Shown: positions 16,206 through 25,307 of the stretch, one piece after another
Position numbering within the stretch: the first letter of the stretch is position 1
How the letters are laid out: each line of letters opens with the position of its first letter
Origin: Bacillota bacterium
Lineage (GTDB): Bacteria > Bacillota > Bacilli > Alicyclobacillales > SLC66
Direction: 5' to 3'
DNA: 64,000 bases
Assembly: GCA_021821085.1 (NCBI GenBank)
Contig: JAKACV010000004.1
Span: 27,543-91,542, forward strand
Position numbers and translations under genes: made by a program
Notes under the pieces: generated by a model
What the model was told of the DNA's origin: nothing
Database searches by the model: none
What the model saw: only the letters and a program-made list of their open reading frames with translations

Positions 16206-17345
16206 TCACGATTGAGCAGGTTGTGATTGCAGTTGTGGCTTCGGTTGTGGTTGCCAAGTCCCCTTTTGCGTCACAAAAGTCGTCACGTGCGAGGCGTAGT
16301 CGTTCAGCATCTGCTGTTCCTGCGCTGACGTCATGTGACCTTTTGTCACCGCCGCGTCTAACCTCGTCTTCAGATTCGCTTCGAGATCTGAAATCAGCGT
16401 CTGCTCAGACATCCCTTTGCTCTGCGCCACCTGAACTAACGACTCGCCGCCTTTTAGATCCTTCATGAGCGTTCCTTGACTAACACCTAAGATCTTCGCC
16501 GCATCCTTATTCGGTCCCATCGGTCCACCCATCGGTCCACCCATCGGTCCACCCATCGGTCCACCTGCTGGTCTGTGGCCAATGCCTGGTCCCATCCCCT
16601 TTTGCGTCACAAAAGTCGTCACGTGCGAGGCGTAGTCGTTCAGCATCTGCTGTTCCTGCGCTGACGTCATGTGACCTTTTGTCACCGCCGTGTCTAACCT
16701 CGTCTTCAGATTCGCTTCGAGATCTGAAATCAGCGTCTGCTCAGACATCCCTTTGCTCTGCGCCACCTGAACTAACGACTCGCCGCCTTTTAGATCCTTC
16801 ATGAGCGTTCCTTGACTAACACCTAAGATCTTCGCTGCATCCTTATTCGGTCCCATCGGTCCACCTGCTGGTCTGTGGCCAATGCCTGGCCCCATCCCCT
16901 TTTGCGTCACAAAAGTCGTCACGTGCGAGGCGTAGTCGTTCAGCATCTGCTGTTCCTGCGCTGACGTCATGTGACCTTTTGTCACCGCCGTGTCTAACCT
17001 CGTCTTCAGATTCGCTTCGAGATCTGAAATCAGCGTCTGCTCAGACATCCCTTTGCTCTGTGCCACCTGAACTAACGACTCGCCGCCTTTTAGATCCTTC
17101 ATGAGCGTTCCTTGACTAACACCTAAGATCTTCGCCGCATCCTTATTCGGTCCACCCATCGGTCCACCTACTGGTCTGTGGCCCTTCCAAGCTCCATCAT
17201 GATGACTCTGTGCTAGTTGCGGTCCAGGTATGCTCGATGAAGGTGTGGCCGTGGCTGCAAAGGCGCTGATCGTCCCAAACGAACCTAAAGCAAAAATCGA
17301 AACGGCACTCGTCGTCACCATCTTCTTAGTCGACTTCCAATTCAT
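16206..17345 (-). CDS. Secreted protein made of three near-identical ~100-aa helical modules joined by Gly-Pro-Met linkers; function unknown
   Basis: 379 aa. Signal peptide MNWKSTKKMVTTSAVSIFALGSFGTISAFAA. The module KDAAKILGVSQGTLMKDLKGGESLVQVAQSKGMSEQTLISDLEANLKTRLDTAVTKGHMTSAQEQQMLNDYASHVTTFVTQKG occurs three times. SD GAGAGGGGA is present. Confidence 0.8.
   Translation of the reverse strand: MNWKSTKKMVTTSAVSIFALGSFGTISAFAATATPSSSIPGPQLAQSHHDGAWKGHRPVGGPMGGPNKDAAKILGVSQGTLMKDLKGGESLVQVAQSKGMSEQTLISDLEANLKTRLDTAVTKGHMTSAQEQQMLNDYASHVTTFVTQKGMGPGIGHRPAGGPMGPNKDAAKILGVSQGTLMKDLKGGESLVQVAQSKGMSEQTLISDLEANLKTRLDTAVTKGHMTSAQEQQMLNDYASHVTTFVTQKGMGPGIGHRPAGGPMGGPMGGPMGGPMGPNKDAAKILGVSQGTLMKDLKGGESLVQVAQSKGMSEQTLISDLEANLKTRLDAAVTKGHMTSAQEQQMLNDYASHVTTFVTQKGTWQPQPKPQLQSQPAQS
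16260..17183. repeat. Three tandem direct repeats (about 336, 300 and 290 bp) inside the CDS, with only a few substitutions between units
   Basis: The string CCCTTTTGCGTCACAAAAGTCGTCACGTGCGAGG recurs at 16261, 16597 and 16897. Line-by-line comparison of units 2 and 3 showed only isolated differences (for example 16761 vs 17061). Confidence 0.9.
16516..16563. repeat. In-frame 12-nt microsatellite (CCCATCGGTCCA x4) encoding (GGPM)4
   Basis: Four exact head-to-tail units lie in the linker before the last module. The other two linkers carry one to two units. Confidence 0.9.
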
Positions 17346-17498
17346 ACAAGTAATCCCCTCTCATTCTCAACCTGTCACTCAGATTGAGTATTGTCCTAAC
17401 GACAAACTCAGTATGGAGCAGGAATTTTAGAATTCTATTTAAAAATAGTGAACAAACTTATCCACTTACCATCTCACCCTATCATCAAAAGCTTACAA

Positions 17499-17532
17499 CA
17501 AAAAAGATCGCTCATATCCAAGTAAGCGATCT
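17499..17532 (-). terminator. Intrinsic terminator after the LacI-family gene
   Basis: AGATCGCT pairs with AGCGATCT. On the minus strand it is followed by TTTTTT. Confidence 0.65.
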
Positions 17533-17674
17533 AAGTAAGAAGAAAATCCATCTTAGAGAATGGCAGCGGAACACACACATGTTGACGCAACAACTCAGAA
17601 TACCCACGCATACTATCCTTCTGGGCTGCCTTTGCGTTGTATAAATAATAGACACTTTTCTTCCAGTGACTTTC

Positions 17675-18697
17675 CTAAGGCAACTGTAGTTTGCGTGTTG
17701 TCTCGCGAACGACCAACTTTGTCGGCACTACATAATGAATGGGCACATCTTTTCTTGCATCTGAGTGCATCAAAGTAAAGAGAATCTCAGCCGCCATTTG
17801 CCCGATCTGTTCCTTATTCTGCGCAATCGTCGTCAGCGGAGGATATACATAAGAGGCCGCCTCAATATCATCAAACCCGACTAAACTCATCTCATCAGGA
17901 ATACTGATCCCCTTAGAATGCAACACCTGCATAGCGCCAATCGCGCAAATGTCCGCAGAAGCAATGATGACCTCTGGCCATTCCTTTGTCGCCAAAACAT
18001 CACTCATCGCCTGCTGTCCAGCCTTTAGGGTAAATAATCCACCTGCAATCCACTCCCTGCGAACGGGAATGTCTAATTCGCGCAGCCCTTTGTAAAATCC
18101 CTGCAATCGCTCCATCGCCACTGAAATATCCATTGGCCCATGAAGAAATCCAAACTTCCGATATCCATTCGTATAAAGTACATGGACGACTTCCTGCACG
18201 GCTCGTCGATTTTCGGAAGTAACCGATCCCATCAAAGGATTTGTCGCAACATAGTCTAATCCAACCATAGGAATACCAAGCGTAATCAGTTCATCAACCG
18301 CCTCTTCAGGTGTACCAATCAGTAATACACCATCAATCCCCCGATGTTTAATGCGGTCAATTATGCCCCACCCATCAAATGGCTCCGTCCGGTCACTCAA
18401 CAGCATCATGTCATATCCCAAATCGCCAATGGTATCCTTGAACACATTCAGCAAATGTCCGATAAAAGGATGCCGCAACCCCACCCCATCTGGAGCGGGA
18501 TAAATGACCCCAATCATTTTCGACTGATGCGTTACCAAATTGCGCGCCGAAGCCCGCGGATAAAAGCGCAATTCCTCAGCGACACGAAGAATATGCGCCT
18601 TCGTTTGCGCGTTAATATCGGGATAATTGTTAAAAGCCCTTGAAACAGCGGCCACGGACACACCTGCACGTTTGGCTACGTCTTTAATCGTTGTCAC
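17675..18697 (-). CDS. LacI-family transcriptional regulator
   Basis: N-terminal HTH MTTIKDVAKRAGVSVAAVSRAFNN followed by a periplasmic-binding-protein-like sugar-binding core. Confidence 0.9.
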   Translation of the reverse strand: MTTIKDVAKRAGVSVAAVSRAFNNYPDINAQTKAHILRVAEELRFYPRASARNLVTHQSKMIGVIYPAPDGVGLRHPFIGHLLNVFKDTIGDLGYDMMLLSDRTEPFDGWGIIDRIKHRGIDGVLLIGTPEEAVDELITLGIPMVGLDYVATNPLMGSVTSENRRAVQEVVHVLYTNGYRKFGFLHGPMDISVAMERLQGFYKGLRELDIPVRREWIAGGLFTLKAGQQAMSDVLATKEWPEVIIASADICAIGAMQVLHSKGISIPDEMSLVGFDDIEAASYVYPPLTTIAQNKEQIGQMAAEILFTLMHSDARKDVPIHYVVPTKLVVRETTRKLQLP

Positions 18698-18713
18698 GTC
18701 CTACGCACACACC

Positions 18714-19682
18714 TTACGCCCACCACATCTCCCCGAGCTTCTCGCGAATGATCAACCGCTGCAGGAAAGTCGCCGCTTTATTGAACCCTTCATCAATCGA
18801 CATGAGACTATCCTCGTGCTCAATACTAACGGCGCCATCGTATCCTACGAGTTGCAAAGTGCTGAGAATCTGCCGCCACGTCTCTTCTCCATGACCATAG
18901 CCCACCGTGCGAAAAATCCACGAACGCTTCCATTCATCGCGATAGCTCTTCGTGTCAAGCACACCGTTTAACGCGGTGTTGCGCGCATCGATCGCCGTAT
19001 CCTTTGCGTGCACATGGAAGAGCGCACCTTGGCTCCCCAATTCTTTGATCGACTCCACCGGATCCATCGCTTGCCAAAAGAGGTGACTAGGGTCAAAATT
19101 CGCACCAATCGTGTCACCACACTCCGCACGCAAGTGCAACATCGTCTCCGTGTTATAAACCACAAATCCAGGATGCGGCTCAATCGCAACACGCACGCCA
19201 TGTTCCTTTAAGAACGCATGTTGCTTCATCCAGTATGGCAGCACTTTTTCCTGCCACTGCCACGCAAGCACCCGGCTGTACTCCTCAGGCCACGGACATG
19301 TCACCCAAACTGGATTCTCCGATCTCTCAGATTCTCCTGGACAACCCGAGAACGTATTGACCGTATGCACACCAAGCGCCTCTGCAAGACGCACCGTCTG
19401 CTGAAAATCGACATGATACTGATGCGCCATCTCAGGATTCGGATGCAGCGGATTGCCATGACAACTAAGCGCACTAATCTCAAGTCCACGACTAGAAACT
19501 GCCTCCGCGAACTCGCGCAACGCCGCCTGATCAGAGAGAAGTACAGCAGGATCACAGTGCACTTTACCTGGATACCCACCCGCACCGATCTCCACACAGT
19601 CAAGCCCACTTTTCGCCACAAGGTCTAGCGCTTCATCACGCGACTTATCGCCAAAGAGCACCATAAACACACCAAGTTTCAT
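18714..19682 (-). CDS. Sugar phosphate isomerase/epimerase (xylose-isomerase-like TIM barrel)
   Basis: 322 aa with metal-ligand-type blocks VAIEPHPG, FDPSHL and SIEHED. Confidence 0.75.
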   Translation of the reverse strand: MKLGVFMVLFGDKSRDEALDLVAKSGLDCVEIGAGGYPGKVHCDPAVLLSDQAALREFAEAVSSRGLEISALSCHGNPLHPNPEMAHQYHVDFQQTVRLAEALGVHTVNTFSGCPGESERSENPVWVTCPWPEEYSRVLAWQWQEKVLPYWMKQHAFLKEHGVRVAIEPHPGFVVYNTETMLHLRAECGDTIGANFDPSHLFWQAMDPVESIKELGSQGALFHVHAKDTAIDARNTALNGVLDTKSYRDEWKRSWIFRTVGYGHGEETWRQILSTLQLVGYDGAVSIEHEDSLMSIDEGFNKAATFLQRLIIREKLGEMWWA

Positions 19683-19709
19683 CCTTATTCCCCCTCGTCC
19701 TTCTACACC

Positions 19710-20792
19710 CTACGCAAAATACACAGCCTGCCCAGTGCGCGCCGACTCGTAAATCGCCTCAAGAATCTCCGTAACAACCAGCGCCTCTTCTGGCTTCACC
19801 ACAGGATCCTTATCTTCGAGGATCGCCTCAATCCACAGCTTCATCTCAAGGTCTGCTGCACTCATCTTTTTCCCATCGAAAAAGTCCGCCCCAGACGCCT
19901 CCAATTGAACCTCGCTGGTGTACAACTTGCCAAATCGCTCCCCGTGAATCCGCAGCCCATTATTCATGTCTGCACCAGCTTTTGTGCCAGACAGCGAACA
20001 CTTCGCCTCCCCCACATCTAGTGTATTCAGAGCCCAACTCGACTCCAAAATAATCGTCGCTCCATTTTTCATTATTACGAAGCCAAAAGCAGAATCCTCC
20101 ACAGTAAACTTCTCCGGATCCCAAGATCCCCACGCATTAGCCGCATTTTTCATCTGACTTAGCTGATGGTGTGTAGTGCCAAGCACAACTTTCGGTTCGT
20201 AGTTATTCATCATCCATAGCGTCAGATCGAGCGCATGCGTTCCAATGTCAATCAGCGGTCCGCCACCTTGCTTCTCCTCATCGAGAAAAACGCCCCACGT
20301 CGGCACCGCACGCCTCCTTAGCGCATGCGCTTTTCCGAAATAGATATGACCAAACTCATCTTCTCGACATAACGTATGTAGATAACGACTATCCTCGCGA
20401 AAACGATTCTGATAGCCAATCGTCAGCTTCCTCCCTGTCCGCCTTGCAGCTTCAACCATTCTGCGCGCATCGACTGCCGTCTTTGCCATCGGCTTCTCAC
20501 ACATCACATGCAAACCCGCTTCGAGTGCCGCAACTGCAATATCTGCATGACTGTCGTTTGGCGTGCAGATATGCACCACGTCCAAGGTCGAATTGCGCAA
20601 AAAGTCTCGGTAATCAGTGTACACTTGTGCCTGGTCTGTGCCATATTGCTCTGCAGCCACTGTCGCGCGATCTTTTACAATATCGCAAAATGCGGTAATC
20701 TCCACTGTGTCCAACTTCGCTAAACTAGGCAAATGTTTTCCTAATGCGATCCCTTGGCACCCAACAATGCCCACTTTTAGTTTTGAACTCAT
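19710..20792 (-). CDS. Gfo/Idh/MocA-family NAD(P)-dependent oxidoreductase
   Basis: Rossmann N-terminus LKVGIVGCQGIALGKH and the EKP motif (VMCEKPMA). Confidence 0.85.
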   Translation of the reverse strand: MSSKLKVGIVGCQGIALGKHLPSLAKLDTVEITAFCDIVKDRATVAAEQYGTDQAQVYTDYRDFLRNSTLDVVHICTPNDSHADIAVAALEAGLHVMCEKPMAKTAVDARRMVEAARRTGRKLTIGYQNRFREDSRYLHTLCREDEFGHIYFGKAHALRRRAVPTWGVFLDEEKQGGGPLIDIGTHALDLTLWMMNNYEPKVVLGTTHHQLSQMKNAANAWGSWDPEKFTVEDSAFGFVIMKNGATIILESSWALNTLDVGEAKCSLSGTKAGADMNNGLRIHGERFGKLYTSEVQLEASGADFFDGKKMSAADLEMKLWIEAILEDKDPVVKPEEALVVTEILEAIYESARTGQAVYFA

Positions 20793-20805
20793 CCTTACGC
20801 ACCCC

Positions 20806-21597
20806 TCATTTCTGATTCTTCATGCTCACAAGCGCTGTTAGATACGCATAACTCGTCGTCACACTCTTAAGTGGGTCTCCTTCACAGACATCCTGCTCCA
20901 CAAATAGCCACTTTGTTCCACTGTCCTTTGCCACCTGCACCATCTGTGGCAAATCTAACATCCCTTCGCCTAATGCCATAAAACGACGATCTGGATCGCG
21001 ACTCATATCCTTCACATGCACGAGCGGCACTCTCCCCATGTACTTTTGCAGATAAGTAGTCGCGCTTTCTCGCGCGTATTCAATCCAATACAGATCGAGT
21101 TCCGCCTGCACCGCCTCTTTCTGAGTCAATCGAAACAGACTATCAAGCGCATACTCATTCACTTCCGTTTGGATCAAAAATTCAAACGCATGATTGTGAT
21201 AGCAAAAAGTCAGTCCCTCCACACGACACGTCTCGCCAATCTTCTCGAGGCTTTCTGCCAATTCAAGATAATCGCGAACAGACTGCCGTCGTGGTTCTGG
21301 AAGATACGGGCATACAAGGTAGCTGAGCCCAAGCTCCTTTGCATACTCAATCTCAGACGCCAAATGCTCCTCTAAATCAGCAAGCGCAACATGACTTGAA
21401 ACAGGCATCAAACCAAGATCCTGCACAATCTCCCGCAGTTCGCGCGCCTGCAAATTCCCGTAGCCTGCAAACTCCACCCCGCGATACCCAATATTCGAAA
21501 TCTCCTTTAGCGTATCGACGAAATTATCCTTCATTCGCTCACGCAACGTATAAAGTTGGAGCCCGATCTGAGCTCCCTCATTCCCCGTTTCTCTCAC
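20806..21597 (-). CDS. Sugar phosphate isomerase/epimerase (xylose-isomerase-like TIM barrel)
   Basis: ORF 20806..21633. I prefer GTG 21597, 9 nt after AGGAGG, because the longer ORF would include the operator palindrome. The start is uncertain. Confidence 0.7.
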   Translation of the reverse strand: MRETGNEGAQIGLQLYTLRERMKDNFVDTLKEISNIGYRGVEFAGYGNLQARELREIVQDLGLMPVSSHVALADLEEHLASEIEYAKELGLSYLVCPYLPEPRRQSVRDYLELAESLEKIGETCRVEGLTFCYHNHAFEFLIQTEVNEYALDSLFRLTQKEAVQAELDLYWIEYARESATTYLQKYMGRVPLVHVKDMSRDPDRRFMALGEGMLDLPQMVQVAKDSGTKWLFVEQDVCEGDPLKSVTTSYAYLTALVSMKNQK

Positions 21598-21615
21598 AAT
21601 CCGCATCCTCCTACC

Positions 21616-21627
21616 GAAAACGTTTTC
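21616..21627. promoter_or_regulatory. LacI-type operator palindrome GAAAACGTTTTC
   Basis: A perfect 12-bp palindrome with a central CG lies between the putative -10 and the SD of the first operon gene. The LacI-family gene is the last gene of the same operon. Confidence 0.55.
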
Positions 21628-21635
21628 TGTCACCC

Positions 21636-21665
21636 ATTATCACGCTATTCGAATGAAAGTGTCAA
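21636..21665 (-). promoter_or_regulatory. Sigma-A-type promoter of the LacI-controlled operon
   Basis: On the minus strand: TTGACA, 18 nt, GATAAT (preceded by T). Confidence 0.45.
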
Positions 21666-22075
21666 TATGCACCCGATCAATTTTCACATCTCTTAGCATC
21701 CCGCAGTTATCTTCTGTCAAAATAATTCCTTTTCAGCCGTTACTCTGCCAGGAACCTCTGCATCTGAAGTTGTCGAGTTAACCATGACCCCTCGTAAATC
21801 TTGACCCATTGGATATCGTGAGTGGTAGCCAAGCGGTATCTTCATTTAATATTTCCCCAGAGCAATTTGGCACATGGTTGTAAACATAAGTAAGTGACAA
21901 GAGGGCTTGACCACATAGAACTGCCCCTCAGTTACACTCGGGGGCAGCTTCAAGGATCACCTATTCACGATTGAATTGAATTTGATTTAATTGGAATTAT
22001 GCAATTTCATAAAACATAAGCATCGCCTCTCCTGATCATCCACTCCCCCATTACGCATCTCACATCCACAAAAAC

Positions 22076-23593
22076 CTAATGCGGCATCGTGATGATGTTC
22101 ATGATATCCTCGTCCAGTTGCTCAGGCTTGGTCAACAAGGAAACGATTACAAGCGTTGCGATAGAAAGGAGAATCGCAAGCGTAGCCCCGAAGAACCCGC
22201 CTGGATTGTAGTTAGCCACCTGAAACCAGATGGAGGTCGTGATACCAACGATCGCTGCAGCGACAGCACCAGTTCCTGTCGCTCGTCGCCAGTTCAGTCC
22301 TATCGCAATCGACGGTACAAAGACAGAGGCGAGGATCGACCATGCAGCAGCTCCCGCAATTCCGATTAGACTGTTCCAGTAGTACGTAACAACAAGAGCA
22401 AGTGCGATGACGAAAAAGGTTGTCACGCGTCCGAGCAATAATCCCTTTCGCGGCGAAAGTTGAATGCCAAGCGTTTTTTCGACGAGGTCATGCGAAATCG
22501 CAGCCGCCCCAATGTTTGAAAAACCATTGATCGTGGCCATGGATGCGGCAATCAGCGCGGCAAATGCCAATCCAGCGATCAGTGGTGGCGTATAGTGAAG
22601 CAAGAAGTAAGGTGCAGCATAGTTCGAACTTGCCAAAGGCTTCACTTTTCCTTCTGCGACGAGCGCGGCCAATGCCAATCCAGAAAAACTGACAAGACCT
22701 GCGATGCCATACGTGATCCCATTGATCATCCCCTGCCACTTCAACTTGTGGACATCGCGGTGTACATAATACTTGGCTAAAAGCTGCGGTTCCCCCGAAT
22801 GGCCAATCGAAAATGCGATAAGCCATCCGATCGCACCGCCAAGTCCAATCCCCCCCATCCCCTGCGGCCACCATAGCGCAGCGTGTGCTTGCATCACAGG
22901 ATTTGGTGCATGCGCTAACACGGAGAGGACGTGAAAAGGATTGCCAACCACCACAAACATGGCGATGAGCACCGTGAGTCCGGCGAGCATTTCCATGGAA
23001 AATTGAATCATATCCGTCCAAATCCCACTGGCAATGCCGCCCATCACCGTGTAGACGGTAACGACACTCGCGCCAATCAGTACGCCACCCCAAAAAGAAA
23101 TATTGAAAATCGATGAGATCACGACACCCATTGCCATAAATTCAACCGACAGGTAGCCTAGCATTCCAGTTAGGATCCCTATAACACTTAATATTCTAAT
23201 TACTTTCGCGTTCGATGGATACCGAATAGCCACTGCATCGGGTATGCTCACCACATCGCGGATCTCTGCAAGCGTTCTCATTTTACGGCCAATCAAATAA
23301 GCGGAGATCGAAAACCCGAGTATCGCAATAACCTGAATCCACTCTGCAACAATGCCGAATTGGTAGGCCAGCCCTGGAATTCCGACCAAGCCGAATCCGC
23401 TCATGATGGCGGCGCTTCCAGAGACAATCGCGATGACATAAGGCGCTTTCTTCCCAGCAATAAAGTAATCGGCAGGCGTTTTGGCTCTCTTACTCATATA
23501 AGCACCAATCGCCAAAATAACGAGCAAATAAATAACGACCACAATTTTAATGATTGCAGGAACCTGTTGAAATCCCATGGCTTCGCCTCTCAC
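22076..23593 (-). CDS. Sodium:solute symporter family (SSS) transporter
   Basis: 505 aa with about 13 TM segments. The likely true start is ATG 23578 (MGFQQ), after GGAGGGTGAGAGG. Confidence 0.8.
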   Translation of the reverse strand: MRGEAMGFQQVPAIIKIVVVIYLLVILAIGAYMSKRAKTPADYFIAGKKAPYVIAIVSGSAAIMSGFGLVGIPGLAYQFGIVAEWIQVIAILGFSISAYLIGRKMRTLAEIRDVVSIPDAVAIRYPSNAKVIRILSVIGILTGMLGYLSVEFMAMGVVISSIFNISFWGGVLIGASVVTVYTVMGGIASGIWTDMIQFSMEMLAGLTVLIAMFVVVGNPFHVLSVLAHAPNPVMQAHAALWWPQGMGGIGLGGAIGWLIAFSIGHSGEPQLLAKYYVHRDVHKLKWQGMINGITYGIAGLVSFSGLALAALVAEGKVKPLASSNYAAPYFLLHYTPPLIAGLAFAALIAASMATINGFSNIGAAAISHDLVEKTLGIQLSPRKGLLLGRVTTFFVIALALVVTYYWNSLIGIAGAAAWSILASVFVPSIAIGLNWRRATGTGAVAAAIVGITTSIWFQVANYNPGGFFGATLAILLSIATLVIVSLLTKPEQLDEDIMNIITMPH

Positions 23594-23613
23594 CCTCCTT
23601 TATGCAAACCGCA

Positions 23614-23769
23614 TTATACATTTTGCCTTGCCTTAGCTTTTTGGATGATCTCGTCCATTCTCTGATTGCCCCGATCAAATATCCGGCTATGAATATATCC
23701 TGGCGCCCATGTAAACAACAGCCACCCAATGGCAACAAACAAAAACGCCGGCACAGGATTGCCAAGCAT
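23614..23769 (-). CDS. Small single-TM protein upstream of the symporter gene
   Basis: 51 aa: MLGNPVPAFLFVAIGWLLFTWAPGYIHSRIFDRG... A GGGAGGGGAG tract lies just upstream. Small membrane partners commonly precede SSS genes. Confidence 0.45.
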   Translation of the reverse strand: MLGNPVPAFLFVAIGWLLFTWAPGYIHSRIFDRGNQRMDEIIQKAKARQNV

Positions 23770-23902
23770 CTTTCTCCCCTCCCTTCTACAAAAGTTCCTG
23801 TTCAAACCCCTCGTGATTGCTCCACAAACGATCACCTCATCCGATGTCGCAGCCAATCGAAGGTTAAGATTATCTTATCACTTTATGTTCAAAAAATACA
23901 AA

Positions 23903-25141
23903 CTATTTATTCTGTGCATCTTTCTGATTTCTCATGGCAGAATGTGCACGAGCCACTCCGCGATCGATCAGTCCCTTGATCGATTCAGCACTTCGCCCTG
24001 TGCGCTTCAGAATAGCAACCGTGTGCTCCCCACATTGCGGCGGCGGTCCTTGCACCTCTACCTGACTACGCGAAAACGTGATCGGCGTGCGAATTACAGG
24101 CAGATTGCCAAATACCGTATGTTGCACCTCTTGAATCAACTGGTGGTCGCGAATCACATCGCTTTCAACCAACGCCGCTACATCCCAAATGGGCCCATGC
24201 AACACATGATGTTTTGCACATACCGCACACCATTCGGCAGTGCTCCTCTTTGTAAAGACGAGATCCAACTCCGCACTTAACTGCTGCCGATGCGCCACAC
24301 GGTCTTGATTCGTTCGATAGTCAGGATGATCAGCTAAGTCGGTTCGCCCAATCGCCCCACAAAAAACGGGCCATGCCACCTCAGACTGGGCACCCGCCAT
24401 GATCCAGCCATCTGCAGTAGGAAAGGCTTGATACGGTACAATCTCCGCATGTTGATTGCCCATGGCGATGGGAGATGTCCCTGTTGCGACATATTGACCA
24501 AAACGCGTCGAGAGATTGAACACCATCGAATCGATGAGATTGATCAATATAAGCTGACCATGTTCCGATCGCTCACGTTCAAAGAGCGCTGCGCAAATCG
24601 CTCCAAACGCCATATAGGCTGTCGTATTGTCCGCAATGGGTACACCGGTTAATAATGGTTTGCCACCGATCTCACCCGTCATGCTCATCACTGCACCCAT
24701 GCCTTGAATGATCGGATCCATCCCTGGGCGATCCGCGTATCCTTCCGTGTCGCCAAACGCTGAAATCGAACAATAGATCACGCGAGGATTCAATCCCACC
24801 ACATCGTCATATCCGATTCCCAATCGATCACATGCCCCCGGTCGATAATTTTCCACAATCACATCCGCTTCTCTACACAGATCAAGCGCAATCTGCAGCC
24901 CATCTGGATCCTTTAGGTTCAATGCAATCGACTGCTTCCCATGATTATACGCTGCAAACAAGTAGCTCTCGCCATCCTTAAAGTAGCTCCCGGATTGCCT
25001 CGCCTGATCTCCTGTCAACGGCTCGATCTTCACGACCTCTGCCCCCATATCAGCCAACATATTCGTACAGTAGGGTGCGACCAACCAGTGACCGACCTCC
25101 ACCACTTTGATTCCTGCAAGTACCCCTACTGACACTCCCAT
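23903..25141 (-). CDS. Family III CoA-transferase (CaiB/BaiF type)
   Basis: LAGIKVVEVGHWLVAPYCTNMLADMGAEVVKIEP is the typical N-terminus. Start set at ATG 25141, 6 nt after AAGGGGGG. Confidence 0.85.
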   Translation of the reverse strand: MGVSVGVLAGIKVVEVGHWLVAPYCTNMLADMGAEVVKIEPLTGDQARQSGSYFKDGESYLFAAYNHGKQSIALNLKDPDGLQIALDLCREADVIVENYRPGACDRLGIGYDDVVGLNPRVIYCSISAFGDTEGYADRPGMDPIIQGMGAVMSMTGEIGGKPLLTGVPIADNTTAYMAFGAICAALFERERSEHGQLILINLIDSMVFNLSTRFGQYVATGTSPIAMGNQHAEIVPYQAFPTADGWIMAGAQSEVAWPVFCGAIGRTDLADHPDYRTNQDRVAHRQQLSAELDLVFTKRSTAEWCAVCAKHHVLHGPIWDVAALVESDVIRDHQLIQEVQHTVFGNLPVIRTPITFSRSQVEVQGPPPQCGEHTVAILKRTGRSAESIKGLIDRGVARAHSAMRNQKDAQNK

Positions 25142-25307
25142 ATGAATCCCCCCTTTACTCATCATATACGTTAAAATTCAAAATTCAATGACAACCCTGA
25201 TAATAGTCTTACTTCCCCCCCATTGTAATCCACAACTTACGAAACGGGGCCATTTTCGTTCATTATGAGCATTTTGCGCTGTCCTCATTTTTTTCAGAAA
25301 AGAGACC

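Noticed and set aside
16260-17183. Three ~300-bp direct repeats, considered as a mobile element, an assembly duplication or a CRISPR-like array.
   Set aside because: They lie in one continuous open reading frame with a signal peptide and encode repeated protein modules. There are no inverted termini, spacers or target duplications. Assembly collapse or expansion cannot be excluded without reads.
21666-22075. The ~400-bp spacer between the symporter gene and the LacI-operon promoter, inspected for ncRNA or gene remnants.
   Set aside because: Only a weak 7-bp hairpin (21921-21947), possibly the symporter terminator, was found. There is no recognisable RNA motif or protein-like frame.
22488-23093. 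Long shadow ORFs overlapping real genes: 22488..23093, 28503..29030, 26093..26521, 38575..39066, 10681..11073, 37804..38193, and the 1043..1567 set antisense to tex.
   Set aside because: Each overlaps a gene with clear family motifs on the same or opposite strand. They have biased Arg/Cys/His-rich composition and lack SD sequences.
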